Notes: generated by a model from the sequence alone, not told the origin. Shown: positions 48,961-62,937, numbered from the stretch's first letter. The stretch: 64,000 bases of DNA from Mustelus asterias (GCF_964213995.1 NC_135830.1:9486001-9550000), one strand, 5' to 3'. Numbers and translations are program-made.

Positions 48961-49796
48961 TGTTCCTGTGCTATCCACTACATCATGAATCCTGTCTACT
49001 GTCACCAGCAGAAACATCATTTGCCTCATTCCAACTGTCACAGATCCCGACTCAACTATTCTCTGCTGACTAATCCCCGAGTTGCATAGCTGCAGAGTTA
49101 AAGCTCATCCTAAACTCTGCTGTCCATATACTAGCTTTCACCAATTCCCAATTAGCATCATCCTTGTTCTCATTGATCTCTGTCATCAGCTGATCTGGTA
49201 AAGACCTAATTTTCACACTCACCTGATCTAATCCCTTCATGAATTTGTCCACATGATGGTCTCAGACGATCGACTTTCCTAAATGCTTCTGTCTGTTGGC
49301 ATTTCAACAGACAGCGCCAACCCCCACAACAGGTATGAGCTGTCTGGAGTTGTTTGGAAGAGGAACCTAGCAGATAAGAGGTCGGAATAGCGAAGGCAGG
49401 AGTTTCTGGGCGTATTTCGGGAGGCACAGCAAAATTTCATGCCAAGAAGAAGCATACTCAGGGAAGGATGAGGCAACCATGGCTGACGAGGAAAGTCAGG
49501 AATAACATAAAAAGCAAATGCAAAAGCTTACAATGTAGCAAAGTTTAGTGGGAATACTTTAAAGACAAACAGAGGACAACTAAAAAGGTATACGTAGAGA
49601 GAAGACGAATTATGAGGGTGCACTAGCCAATCATATAAAGTAAGTTTGCAAGAGTTTATTTCGATATATAAAGGGGGAGCGAGAGACAAGAGTGTACATT
49701 GGACCGCTGGAAAATGATGCTGCAGAAGTAGTAATGGAGAACAGAAAATGGCGGAAGACCTGAATAGGTTAATCTGCAAGATGAGTTGATATTTTT

Positions 49797-51142
49797 TTAG
49801 TCATTTGTGGGACATGGGCTGGCCAACATGTATTGCCCATCCCTAGTTGCCCTTGCGAAGGTGATGGTGAGCTGCCTTCTTGAACCGCTGCAGTCTATGT
49901 CCTGTGGGTTGACCCACAATGCCGTTAGATGGAAATTCCAGTATTTTGACCCAGCGTCTTTGAAGGAACGGCGATATATTTCCAAGTCAGGATGGTGACT
50001 GGCTTGGAGGGGGACTTGCAGGTGGTGGTGTTCCCATTTATCTGCTGCCCGGGTCCTTCTAGATGGAAGTTGTCGTGGGTTTGCAAGGTGCTGTCGAAGG
50101 ATCTTTGGTGAATTGCTGCAGTGCATCTTGTAGATAGTACACACTGCTGCTACTGTGCGTCGGTGGTGGCGGGAGTGGATGTTTGTGGATGTAGTACCAA
50201 TCAAGCGGGCTGCTTTACCCTTGATGGTGTCAAGCTTCTCGAGTGTTGTTGGAGCTGCACCCATCCAGGCAAGTGGAAAGTATTCCATCACACTCCTGAC
50301 TTGTGCCTTGAAGATGGTGGATAGGCTTTGGGGAATCAGGATGTGAGTTACTCGCCACAGTATTCCTAGCCTCTGCCCTGCTCTTGTACCCACTGTGTTT
50401 ATGTGGGTACAGGTGCGCTTCCTTGCGCATGTTTAAACTGAAGCCATGAGACTTCATGGGGTCCAGATTCGATGTTATGGACTCCCAGTGCAACTCTCTC
50501 CCGACTGTATACCACTGTGCCGCCACCTCTGCTGGGTCTGTCCAGCCTGTGGGACAGGACATATCCAGGGATGGTAATGGTGGTGTCTGGGGTATTATCT
50601 GTAATGTATGATCCTGCGAGAATGAATATGTCAGGCTGTTGCTTGACCAGTCTGTGAGACAGCTCTCCCAATGTTTGGCACTCGCCCCCATATGTTAGTA
50701 AGGAGGACTTTGCAGGGTCGATAGGGCTGTTTGTTTTTCCCTTGTCTTTTCCGGTGCCTCGGTCGATGCCAGGTGATCCATCCAGTTTGACTTCTTTGTT
50801 GAGACTTTGTAGCGATTCTTGCAACTGAGTGGCTTGCGAGGACATTTCAGAGGGCAGTTGAGAGTCAACCACATTGCTGTGGTTCTGGAGTCACATGTAG
50901 GCAAGACCAGGTAAGGACGGCAGATTTTCGTCGCGAAAGGACATTAGTGAACCAGATAGTGTGTTTTTTTTAACCGACAATTGACAATGGTTTCATGGTC
51001 ATCAGTCGATACTTAATTCCCGATTTTTTTTTATTGAATTCAAGTTCTAACATCTGTTGTGGTGGGATTTGAACACAGGTCCCCAGAGCATAATCTGGGT
51101 TTCAGGATTAATAGTCGAGCGATAAAACCACTCGGCCATCAC
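49797..51142 (-). mobile_element. tRNA/SINE-headed, internally deleted LINE (APE N-terminus joined to RT C-terminus and tail)
   Basis: Box A TGGCCGAGTGG and box B GTTCAAATCC at the 5' end; LGELSHRLVKQQPDI..PGY..DRPSRGGG; AGQRLGIL..KAQVRSVMEY. Confidence 0.75.
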
Positions 51143-51489
51143 TTCTGAGTAGGAAGGCAAATTCAATATTAGTATTCATTTCGAGAGGACTAGAATACAA
51201 AAGCAGTGGTGTATACTGAGGCTTTATAAGACTCCGGGGGATTACCAGGGTAAATATGTGCAGTTACAGGGAGAGCGCCTGGGTGGTCTTGTTGTTGGGT
51301 GCAGGCTCGATTGGCTTACTAGCCTCATTCGGTACTGTAGGGATTGTATGCTTTCATGGTCATCATTGGGCTGTTAATTCCAATTATTTTACTGAATTCA
51401 AATTTCACCATCTGACACGAAGGGATTCGAACCCGGGTCCCCTGAGCAATATCCTGGGTTTCTGGATTAATAGTCCAGTGACAACAGAC

Positions 51490-52715
51490 ACACAGTGTCT
51501 GTGTGGAGTCTGCACATTCTCCCCGTGTCAGCGTGGGTTTCCTCCAGGTGCTCCGGTTTCCTCCCTAAGTCCAAAGATGTGCGGGTTAGGTTGATTAGCA
51601 TTGATAAATTAGCCCGAGTGTCCAAAGATGAGGAGTGTAAATATGTGGCTTTACGGGAGTGGGCCCTGGTTGGGATTGTGGTCTGTGCAGACTCGATGGG
51701 CCGAATGGCCCCTTTCTGCACTGTAGTGATTCTATGATTCTATGACAATACCACTAAGCCACGGCCTCCCAAGTGGGTTTCTGTTTGAAATCTATCCCAT
51801 TCAGCACGGTGGTGGTGCCACAGAACCCGATGGAGATTTCCCTGAGAGCGAGTCCCACACACAGAGCAGGAAAGGTCTCATTTACTCCGTGCTCTCTCTT
51901 ACCCCGGCTGATTGAGCTCACATACCCACACAGACTATGAGGGAGCTGTACTCTGTATAGTACTCATGTTGTACCTGCTGTGTGAGTGCTTCACTGAACA
52001 GAGCAGAGGTATCTTGACTCTCTATCTGTACAGTGCTGTAACTACCCGAACCAATCAGCTATATGACAGAAATGTTGGAGAATCCGATTGTTGTACATTA
52101 GTTTCTCTTTCTGGCTGCGCCGGGATCTGGATTCCACGGGCATTTCCTGCACTGGCCAGAGCTGAGCGATGCTGTTGATCTATTCGAGCCTTCACATCCA
52201 GGCCCCATCATGATCTCAGAGCCTCGCGACTGAAAACCTCCCTCTCCCAGCTGATGTTGAAGTCTGAACCGGTCTCTTCACAAACTTAGAAATTCTTCCC
52301 CACCGGAGCTCAGTTTCCCATCAGCAAGACCGCCTTCTTCCACCCCGATTACATCTCCCATCTTTGTTAGTTACAGGGTTGACTATTCCAATGCCCTTCT
52401 CCATTGGTTGGCATGGTGCCATAATATTTAGCACTGCTGCCTCACAGCGCTAGGACCTGGATTTGATTCCCGGCTTGTGACACTGTCTGTACAGAGTCTG
52501 CATGTTCTCTCTGTGTCTATGTGGGTTTCCCCAGGGTGCTCCAGTTTCCTCCCAAAGTTCGAAAGACATGCTGGTTAAGTACATTGGCCATGCAACATTT
52601 TCCCTCAGTGTTACCCGAACAGGCGTCAGGGTGTGGCGACTCGGTGATTTTCACATTAACTACATTGCAGTGTTAATGTAAGTCCAGTTGTGACACTAAA
52701 CAAAAACTTAAAATT
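51490..52715 (+). mobile_element. HE1 SINE copies (51490-51745, 52410-52715) among L2-like remnants
   Basis: V-domain matches; GACTATTCCAATGC and, just downstream, CCCATCACC.CTGTGCTC are L2-type motifs. Confidence 0.7.
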
Positions 52716-52939
52716 AAATCCCATCGTAAATCCTCCATTTGCCTCAGCTCGTTCACAACACTGCTGCCCGTAACCTAACTCACACCGCGTCCCGGTTACC
52801 CATCACCACTGTGCTCATTGATCGACATTGGTGCCTACTCTGGCAGCCAATCAATATCAACATTTTCCTTCTGTGATTGGCTTTCTCCACGGCCTCATTC
52901 ATCCCAGTCCCCTCTCCATTCCCAATATTCCTGTAAACT

Positions 52940-53990
52940 TCCCCCGCACATTTCCCTTAAACATTCCCCCTCTCACCTTGAACCTTTGCCTCCTTGTAAT
53001 TGACACTTCCACCCTGGGGAAAACGCTCTGACTATCGATTCTGCTTATGCCTCTCATTATTATCTCTCAGGTCTCCCCTCAGCCTCCGCCTTTCCACTGA
53101 AAGCAATCATAGTTTATTCAGCCTCTCCTTGTAGCCAATGCCTTCGAGGCCAGGCAACATCCTGGTGAACCTTCTTTGCATTCCCTCAAAAGCATCCACA
53201 GCCTTCTGGTTGTGTGGTGACCAGAACTCCGTGCAATACTCCAAATGCGGCCTAACCAAGGTTTATTAGATCTGCAACATGACTTAGCAACTCCTTTATT
53301 CAGTGCCCTGGCCAATGAAGGCAAACATGCCATATGCCTTCTTAATCACCTTGGCCACCTGTGTTGCCACTTCTATGGAACTGTGGACCTGCACGCCCAG
53401 ATCCCGCTATATGTCAAGTTTCCTAAGGGTTCTTCCACTTACAGTATAATTCACACCTAAATGTGTTCCTCCAAAATACATCATCTTCCATTTGTCCGGA
53501 TTAAACTCCATCTGCCATTTTTGTGCCCAATCTCTTTATATCTTGTTGTATCCTCTGACAATTCCGGGAACTGTCAGCAACTCCGCCAATCTTCATGTCA
53601 TCCACAAATCTATTAATCAGACCCCTCATATTTTCCTCCAGATCATGTATTTATACGACAAACAACAGAAGTCCCAGCACTGATCCCTGAGGAACACCAC
53701 CAGTGCAGATATCCATTCGGAAAAACACGCTACCACCACTGATCTCTGCCTTCTACTAATAAGCCAGTTCTGTTCCATCTAACACGCCCACTCCAAATCC
53801 CATGTGATTTTAGTTTTTGTACCAGTCTGCTATGTGGGACCTTGTCAAACGTCTTACTAAAGTCCAGATAAACTACACCCAGAGCCCTTCCCTCATCAAT
53901 TATCTTGGTAACCTCTTCAAAAAACTCAATCAAATTGGTGAGACATGGCGTTCCCGCACAGAATCATGTTGCCTGTCACTTTCTGGTACA
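52940..53990 (-). mobile_element. CR1 RT 3' fragment
   Basis: IEFFEEVTK..VYLDFSKTFDKVPH. Confidence 0.85.
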
Positions 53991-54073
53991 TTTTCTTGCT
54001 AATGATCATAGATGTCCGTCAGTATCTTCTGCAAAATCTGCCCCACCTCAGGCAGAGCGGCTTATATTTTCCT

Positions 54074-54296
54074 GTAAGAAATCTCACAACACCAGGTTAA
54101 AATCCAGCAAGTGTATTTGGTATCACGAGCTTTCGGAGCGCTGCTCCTTCATCCGGTCGTGGAGTGGAGTCCATTCATGTGAAGAAGGAACAGCATTCCG
54201 AAAGCTCGTGATACAAAATAAACCTGTTAGACTTTAACCTGGTGTGAGACATCTTATTGTGCGTACCACAGTCAACACCGCCATCCCCACATCATG
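54074..54296. mobile_element. Palindromic Penelope-derived element (inverted pLTR pair)
   Basis: CACAACACCAGGTTAAA..GAGCTTTCGGAGCGCTGCTCCTTCATC / GAAGAAGGAACAGCATTCCGAAAGCTC..TTTAACCTGGTG. Confidence 0.7.
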
Positions 54297-54344
54297 TTTT
54301 TTTTCCTCGATTACCCCTGATTCATTTCTTAAACGAGGGAAAAA

Positions 54345-54960
54345 CATGCTTGACTTGGTCGGTCGGGGAATTGAGTATAAAAATTGGCTGGTCATGCTGC
54401 AGCTGTCCAGAAACATAGGCCTCATTTGGAAGACTGTGTACAATTCTGGTTGCTGCACTACAAGAAGGATATGGATTCTTTGGAGAGGGTACAGATGAGG
54501 GTACAGAACGTTACCGGGTCTGGAGGCTATGAGCTATGGGGATCGTAAACTCTGTTAGATCTCACTGGAATGGCAGAGGTTGAAAGGCGAGCTGTTAGAG
54601 GTTTAAAATATTATGAGTGGCATGGACGGAGTCGATAGTCAGTCCTTCCTTCCCAGGGTGGAAAAGTCATGTGCTATGGGACATAAGTTTAAGGTGTGTG
54701 GGTAAAAGTTTAGGGGAGATGAATGAGGCAATTTTTTTAAACAGAGGGTAGTAAATGTCAGGACAGCACTGCCTGGGGAGGTGCTGGGAGCAGGTGCGAT
54801 CACAACATTTAAGTGGCACCTCGGCGAATACATCAATTAAATGGGAAAGAAAGGAAGTGGACTACGTAAGTGCATACTGCTTTACTTTTGGCATCATGAT
54901 TTGCGCAGGCTTGAGAGGCCGAAGGGCCTGTTCCTTTGCTGTACTGTTCTTCTCCTTTTT
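54345..54960 (+). mobile_element. Old CR1 3' fragment
   Basis: GRGIEYK..VMLQL; CR1 tail. Confidence 0.8.
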
Positions 54961-55718
54961 CCTTATGAATGGCAGAACAGGTTCGACGGGCCAAAAGGCC
55001 TCCTCCGGCTCCTATTTTCTATGTTTCCATGGGAAGATTCGGCTTCTGAATGAGTCAAATCTCACAGGACAACAATGTCTCAATCATCAATGACAAGTGG
55101 GGATATTTACAGTGCAAAGATCACAATTCTCCACCCAGGAGGGCCCTTAAGCCCGGGCTCATGCCCTGGTGCACAGGTTCAAACCCCATCACAGGAGCTG
55201 TTTGAATTTAAATTCAATTGACAAAAAATACAATTGAAAGTTAATCTCAGTAATGCTGACCATGAAACCATTGTCGATTGTTGTAAAACCCCCTCCAGTT
55301 CCCTCATGTCCTTCTGTTATGGTTCAAGTTAAAAACTTCAAAGTTCTTTTTGGAGACTGCCCGAACCATAAGTTTTGCTCGGATGAATATGATAAGTTTC
55401 ACTTCAGGTATGATTCACCAACCGACCTTAGTTTTATCAAACTAAGTTTATTAAGAATATATTTAACATGTATAGGCAGAAAATTAGCAATACCTTTTAT
55501 CAATTACAAACAAAAGCAACAGAAAGAAAACAACCATAACGATGAATTAACCCTCAGTTGAATATTAAACCTGATCCAATAAACCAAAACCTTTCATAGT
55601 CAAAACGCTTTTCAAAGGCTTCACACAGCACAGATTAAAATCTCAATTGAATAGAATTCCTTTGTTTCGAGATGTGCACTTTCCTTCTGGAAGGTGAAAC
55701 GTTGCCTTGAGATAACCA

Positions 55719-55923
55719 TGATGTGGAGAGTCCGGCGATGGACTGGGGTGGGCACCGTTAGATATCTCACAACACCAGGTTAAAGTTCAACAGGTTCATT
55801 TGAAATCACGAGCTTTTGGAGTGCTGCTCCTTCATCAGTCACCTGATGAAAGAGTAGCTCTCAGGGCGCTCCTGTTTCCAAATAAACCTGTTGGACTTTA
55901 AACTGGTGTTGTGAGACTTTTTA
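55719..55923. mobile_element. Palindromic Penelope-derived element with 12-bp target-site duplication
   Basis: TTGAGATAACCA at 55707-55718 and 55924-55935; centre CTTCATCAG-TCAC-CTGATGAA. Confidence 0.75.
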
Positions 55924-56079
55924 TTGAGATAACCAACAGACTTTCCATATAGAGCAGGGAGACAAAGACTTCAGCTTCTTTCTTGCTTGATGCACCTGCT
56001 GAAACTAAAAACTAAACTGCAGGTACAGAACTCTTAAAAATTAAACCTCAAACTCACTGGAACAAACTGTCCAAAAACA

Positions 56080-57150
56080 AGCTAGCTAGATGGGTGGAGA
56101 ACTGGCTTAGCCATCGGTAGCAGTGGAGAGGTCTTTTTTCCGGTTGGAGGTCTGTGACTCGTGGTGTTCCGCAGGGCTCTGCACTGGGACCTCTGCTGTT
56201 TGTGATATATATATAAATGATTTGGAGGAAGATGTAGCTGGTGTGATCATGAAGTTTGCGGACAACAGAAAGATTGCTGGAGTTGCGGATAGTAATGAAC
56301 ATTGTCAGAGAATACAGCAGGATATAGATAGGCTGGAACATTGGGCGGAGAAATGGCAGATGGAATTTAATCCAGATAAATGCGAAGTGATGCATTTCGG
56401 TAGATGTAATGTAAGGGGCAGTGAGAGAGTAAATGGCAGAACCATCAGGAGTATAGACACACAGAGGGACCTGGGTGTACAAGTCCACAGATCCTTAAAG
56501 GTGGCAGCACAGGTGGAGAGAGTGTTGAAGAAGGCATATGGCATGCTTGCCTTTATTGTACGGGCATAGAATATAAAAGTTGGCATATGATGTTGCAGCT
56601 GTATAGAACGTTGGGTGGGCCTCATTTGGAATACTGCATCCAGTTCTGGTCGCCACACTGCCGGAAGGACGTGGAGGCTTTGGGGAGAGTACAGAAAATG
56701 TTTACCAGGATGTTGCCTGGTGTGGAGGGTCTTAGCTATGAGGAGAGATTGGGTAAACTGGGGTTGTTCTCCCTGGAAAGACGGAGGATGAGGGGCGACC
56801 TAATAGAGGTGTATAAAATTATGAAGGGCATAGATAGGGTGAACAGTGGGAAGCTTTTTCCCAGGTCGGAAGTGACGAACACAAGGGGTCACGGGTTCAA
56901 GCTGAGTGGGGGAAGGTTCAACACAGATGTCAGGGGGACGTATTTTGCACAGAGGATGGTGGGGGCCTGGAATGCACTACCAAGCAAGGTGACTGAGGCG
57001 GACACGCTGGGATCTTTTAAGACTTACCTAGATAGCCACATGAACAGACTGGGAATAGAGGGGTACAAACGAATTGTCTAGTTGGGCACATGAGCGGCGC
57101 AGGCTTGGAGGGCCGAAGGGCCTGTTCCTGTGCTGTATTGTTCTTTGTTC
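56080..57150 (+). mobile_element. CR1 3' half
   Basis: KFADNRKI, KCEVMHFG, PHLEYCIQFW, TRGHGFK; CR1 tail. Confidence 0.9.
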
Positions 57151-58299
57151 TTCGTGAAAAACCGTTCTTTTCTCCTAACAATGCAGGATCGTAAAACGAA
57201 CCCCAGAGTAAACACAAACAACTCAATTTACCACTTAAGTAGCAATGACAGTGGAAATATTATGCTTGGGCTTCTCCGGTTTACCCCAGGACTGGAAAAT
57301 CCCACCTGAGGTCAACGGACCTTTGCATGGTGAGTGTCCCGTCCGCTACCCGTGATGAGCAGGACGGGAAAACTCCCCCCATGTCACTGTATAATTTATT
57401 TACACCCTTCATAAATTTGAACACCTCAATCAACTCTCCTAATATTCTTCTCTGCTCTTTGGAGAACAAAATCAGCTTCTCTAGTCTAACCAGGTGACTG
57501 TATAATTCGTCCTCCCTGAACAATTCTAGCAGATCTCTTCTGTACCCTCGCCAAAATCTGTCCATCCTTCCCAAAGTGTGGAGCTCAGTATTGGTCACAG
57601 TATTCCATGTGGGAGCAAAGTAGATTTTATTGCTGCTTCCCAAAACTTCTTTTTGAACAGACTTATTATTTTCACATGTATTAGCACAGAGTGAAAAGTG
57701 TTTGTTTTTGTGCTTTACAGACAAAGTGTGCCATTCATAGGGAAGGCAAGGATGGGATGAAGAATGCAAAAGTATCTGTACAGAGAGAAAAGAGCTGACG
57801 TTTCGAGTTCAGATTATCCTTTGTCAAAGCTGATTGGTTTCAGATTCCAGAATCCACAGTAATTTGCTTGTATATGGGAAGTGCAGAATGTAGTGTTATA
57901 GTCATAGCTGGGATGTAGAGAAAGATCAACATAATATATGGTAGGACCATGATGTTCTTGGGTCGGTTGGTGCATGGGCCCAGACTTATGTATCATTTTT
58001 CCTGATGGAGGAAGGTGGAAGAGAGTATACATAGAACATAGACCATAGAACAGTACAGCACAGAACAGGCCCTTCGGCCCACGATGTTGTGCCGAGCTTT
58101 ATCTGAAACCAAGATCAAGCTATCCCACTCCCTATCATCCTGGTGTGCTCCATGTGCCTATCCAATAACCGCTTAAATGTTCCTAAAGTGTCTGACTCCA
58201 CTATCACTGCAGGCAGGCCATTCCACACCCCAACCACTCTCTGCGTGAAGAACCCAACTCTGATATCCTTCCTATATCTCCCACCACGAACCCTATAGT

Positions 58300-58640
58300 A
58301 TGTCCGATGTGGTTGGGGTCCTTGATTATGCTGGCTGCTTTTCCGAAGCAGTGGGAACTGCAGACAGGGTCAATGGATGGGAGGTTGGATTGTGCGATGG
58401 ACTTTTGCAGTTACTTGTGGTCTTGGACAGCGCAGGAGCCATACCAAATTGTGATACAACCAGAAAGGATGCTTTTTATTTTGCATCTGTAAAAGTTGGT
58501 GAGAGTGTTAGCGGACATGCCAAATTTCCTTAATCCCCTGAGAATGTCGAGGCATTGGTGGACTTTCTTAACAGTAGTGTCAGCGTGGAGGGTCCAGGAC
58601 AGGTTGTTGGTGATCTGGACACCAGCAAAATTAAGGCTCT
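58300..58640 (-). mobile_element. Rex1/Babar-type LINE RT C-terminal fragment
   Basis: GVQITNNLSWTLH..VKK.HQ.L..LR.LRKFGMS..TLTNFYRC.I.SILSGCITIWYGSC. Confidence 0.75.
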
Positions 58641-59619
58641 CTTGTCCTGTGTACACACATGCATATTACAATTAGGAGTAGGCCATTCAGCCCCGCAAGC
58701 CTGCTCTGCTATTCAAAATGTTCAAGATCAGGTTGTAAAGTCAATAACACATTCTTGCCAACCTCTGATAATATTCACACCGCCTTCTTAAAAATATTCA
58801 AACACTCTGCTCACACCGATTTTAAGGAGTAACCAACCAAGTAGAAGAGGGCAGTGCAGCTGACGTTGGACTTTAGCAAGGCCTTTGAAAATGTACCGCG
58901 TGGTAGGTTGTTGCATAAGGTTAAATCTCACGTGATCCAGGGTGAGGTAGCGAATCGGATACCAAATTGGCTTGATGACAGAAGAGAGCGGGTTCTTGTA
59001 GTGGGTTGTTTTTCAGTCTGGTGGCCTATAAATAGCGGTGTGGCTCAAGGATCAGTGCTGGTTCCATTTTATTTTAACATTGGTATGAATGATTTGGATA
59101 GAAATTTAGGAGCCATGGTTAGGAAGTTTGCAGATGACACCAACATTGGTTGCTTAGTGGATAGTGAAGAAGGCTATCTGGGATTGCAACGGGATCTTCG
59201 TCTATTGGGCCAGTGCGCTGATGAATGGCAGATGGAGTTTCATTTGGATCAAAGTGATATGATGGATTTGGGACATCGAATCGGGAGTTAATGGTAGCGC
59301 GTTGATGAGTTATAGAACAAAGAGATATGAGGGTATGAGGACGAGTTGTGAGGACTTCGCCGGTAGAAACGAAGTCCATTGAGGACACCGTGCAAGGTCG
59401 ACGGCAAAGGTATGTGCCCCTTGGGCAGTATCCACTGGGCAGTATCGGGGGGTAGGGCCTGAGGTGGTGGGGTCTACAGGAGGGGGCCTGAAGGTAGCGG
59501 GGCCGACGGGCCATTGTCGGCAGGGGCGGGACCTGAAGGGGCGGGACCTGAAGGGACGGGGCTGACGGCAGCTCGGCCCTTGGGGAGTGGCCCGATCCCG
59601 TAGGAATGGTGGCCCAGTG

Positions 59620-60215
59620 CCACTCTACGCGTTATTGGTGGAGCGGGAGAGGAGACCTTGCCACTCTGTATGTGATCGGTGACAGAGAGAGGGCGGCCCC
59701 GCGCCACTTTGCACGTTATTGTTGGGGGCATAGGGGGTCCTGCTTCCACCCTGCACGCGGTTCGTGAGGTAAGTTGTACCCCATGCCACTCTCACATGGG
59801 TGTTGGGGGGAGAGAGTCCCGCTGTCACTCTGCACACAGTCTGTGGGGTGGGGTGGTCCCCGCTCCCACTCTGCACGTGGGGGTGGTGGGTCCTACAGCC
59901 ACTCTGCACGCGTTCACTGCTGGAAGGAGTGGGCCTCGCTGCCTGTCTGCATGCACATTGGTGTAGGGAGGGGGCCTCGTTGCCTCTCTGCATGCACAGT
60001 GGGGTAGGGAGGGGGTTTCGCTGCCGCTCTGCATGTACAGTTGGGTAGGGAGGGTGTCTCGCTGCCTCTCTGCAAGCAGAGTGGGTTAGGGAGGGGGGTC
60101 TCGCTGCCTCTCTCCATGCACAAATGGTTAGGGAGGGGGTCTCGCTGCCTCTCTGCATGCACAGTGGGGTCGGGAGGGGTTCTGGCTGCCTCTCTGCATG
60201 TAATTGGTGTGGGGG
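59620..60215. repeat. ~41-bp GC-rich minisatellite (GGGAGGGGGTCTCGCTGCCTCTCTGCATGCACAGTGGGGTA)
   Basis: Tandem units, more degenerate toward the left. Confidence 0.85.
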
Positions 60216-61210
60216 AAGGAGTGGTGATTGGTCCGGGTGGTGGGGAGGGGGCTGGGTCTATATCCGGTCGGGGGCTGCGCACAATGAGCTGCGGCCCCCA
60301 GACTATCTGGGAGCAGCTGCTGTGTTGAAGCTAGCTGCAGCAGCAGAGAGCTGACAGATGTCTCTCTCAGACCAGGCAGCTCACTGCTCGCTGCAATTGC
60401 GCATTTGCAACCACATAGGTTTGGTACGTGGTCGGTATCCCAGCCAGCGCTGTGAGAGCTGCAAGTGATGGGGCCACGTCTGAGGGTGGTCTAACAGTCA
60501 TCGAGTTTTAACAGCGCAAAATGAGACCCTTCAGCCCATTATGTCTGAACTGGTCATCAAACACCGATCCAATCGAATCCCATTTTCCAGCACTCGATCC
60601 ACAGCCTTGTATGCTCTGGCGTTTGAATTGCTGATCTAAATGCCTTTTGTGGTTGTTCCCGCTTCTACCATCCTTTCAGGCCGTGAGCTGCAGATCCCAG
60701 CACCCTGTGGATGGAAATATTTTCCCTCAGATCCACACAGAAATCTGTCCTTTACCTTAAATCCACGCCCCTCTGGTTATTGTCACCTCTACTAAAGGGA
60801 AAAGGTTTCTTCCTATCTATGTGCAGCATAATTTTGTACATTTCACTCAGATCCCACCCCCCACACCTGAAAGCACTCACCACCACCACCACCCACTACA
60901 CCCACTCCACCTCCAGCCGTCTCTGCTCTAAGGTAAAAAACCCAGCCTAACCAGCCTCTCCTCATAGCTGAAACTCTCCAGCCCAGGCAGCATCCTGGTG
61001 AATCTCCTCTCCACCGTCTCCAGTGCAATTACATCCTTCCTGTAGTGTGATGACCAGAGCTGCACACAGTACTCTTGCTCTGGTGTAACCAGCATTTTAT
61101 AAACTTCCATCGTAATCCCCCAGCTCTTATAATCTGTGCTGCTAAAGGCAAGTATCCTACATGTCGTCTTAACCACCTCATCTATCTGTCCTCCTGCCTT
61201 CAGGGATCCT

Positions 61211-62780
61211 CATAAGACCATAAGACCATAAGACATAGGAGCGGAAGTAAGGCCATTCGGCCCATCGAGTCCACTCCACCATTCAATCATGGTTGATTTC
61301 AACTCCATTTACCCGCTCTCTCCCCATAGCCCTTAATTCCACGAGAAATCAAGAATTTATCAATTTCTGTCTTGAAGACGCTCAACGTCTCGGCCTCCAC
61401 AGCCCTCTGTGGCAATGAATTCCACAGACCCACCACTCTCTGGCTGAAGAAATTTCTCCTCATCTCTGTTCTAAAGTGACTCCCTTTTATTCTAAGGCTG
61501 TGCCCCCGCGTCCTAGTCTCCCCTGTTAATGGAAACAACTTCCCTACGTCCATCCTATCTAAGCCGTTCATTATCTTGTAAGTTTCTATCAGATCTCCCC
61601 TCAACCTCCTAAACTCCAATGAATATAATCCCACGATCCTCAGACGTTCATCGTATGTCAGGCCTACCATTCCTGGGATCATCCGTGTGAATCTCCGCTG
61701 GACCCGCTCCAGTGCCAGTATGTCCTTCCTGAGGTGTGGGGCCCAAAATTGCTCACAGTACTCCAAATGGGGCCTAACCAGTGCTTTATAAAGCCTCAGA
61801 AGTACATCCCTGCTTTTGTATTCCAAGCCTCTTGAGATAAATGACAACATTACATTTGCTTTCTTAATTACGGACTCAACCTGCAAGTTTACCTTTAGAG
61901 AATCCTGGACTAGGACTCCCAAGTCCCTTTGCACTTTAGCATTATGAATTTTGTCACCGTTTAGAAAATAGTCCATGCCTCTATTCTTTTTTCCAAAGTG
62001 TACGACCTCGCACTTGCCCACGTTGAATTTCATCAGCCACTTCTTGGACCACTCTCCTAAACTGTCTAAATCTTTCTGCAGCCTCCCCACCTCCTCAATA
62101 CTACCTGCCCCTCCACCTATCTTTGTATCATCGGCAAACTTGGCCAGAATGCTCCCAGTCCCGTCATCTAGATCGTTAATATATAAAGAGAACAGCTGTG
62201 GCCCCAACACTGAACCCTGCGGGACACCACTTGTCACCGGTTGCCATTCTGAGAAAGAACCTTTTATCCCAACTCTCTGCCTTCTGTCTGACAGCCAATC
62301 GTCAATCCATGTTAGTACCTTGCCTCGAATACCATGGGCCCTTATTTTACTCAGCAGTCTCCCGTGAGGCACCTTGTCAAAGGCCTTTTGGAAGTCAAGA
62401 TAGATAACATCCATTGGCTCTCCTTGGTCTAACCTATTTGTTATCTCTTCAAAGAACTCTAACAGGTTTGTCAGGCACGACCTCCCCTTACTAAATCCAT
62501 GCTGACTTGTCTTAATCCGACCCTGCACTTCCAAGAATTTAGAAATCTCATCCTTAACGATGGATTCTAGAATTTTGCCAACAACTGAGGTTAGGCTAAT
62601 TGGCCTATAATTTTCCATCTTTTTTCTTGTTCCCTTCTTGAACAGTGGGGTTACAACAGCGATTTTCCAATCCTCTGGGACTTTCCCTGACTCCAGTGAC
62701 TTTTGAAAGATCATAACTAACGCCTCCACTATTTCTTCAGCTATCTCCTTTAGAACTCTAGGATGTAGCCCATCTGGGCT
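61211..62780 (-). mobile_element. Young 5'-truncated CR1 with uninterrupted RT-to-C-terminus ORF, nested in an older CR1 (~60500-63790)
   Basis: 499-aa ORF 61299-62798 with all RT motifs (FADD); (CATAAGAC)n tail. Confidence 0.95.
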
Positions 62781-62937
62781 CATATATGCGGCCCACATTC
62801 ATTCTGGCCCTCTTCACTTCCTCACACTCCACTGTTCATTGTACATTTCCTTGCCCTATTAGTCCTGCCAAATGCATTGCTTAACATTTTTCAGTTTTAA
62901 ATTCCATTTGCCCATCTGACCAGCCTGCCTGTTTCCT

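Noticed and set aside
55315-56050. Possible solo LTR starting TGTTATGG
   Set aside because: No matching CA end, TSD or PBS could be identified
59474-60354. Overlapping Cys/His-containing ORFs resembling zinc fingers
   Set aside because: Translations of a 41-bp minisatellite; no C2H2 spacing or linker
61299-62798. 499-aa RT ORF as an active or domesticated gene
   Set aside because: 5'-truncated CR1 lacking endonuclease and a native start; intactness reflects youth
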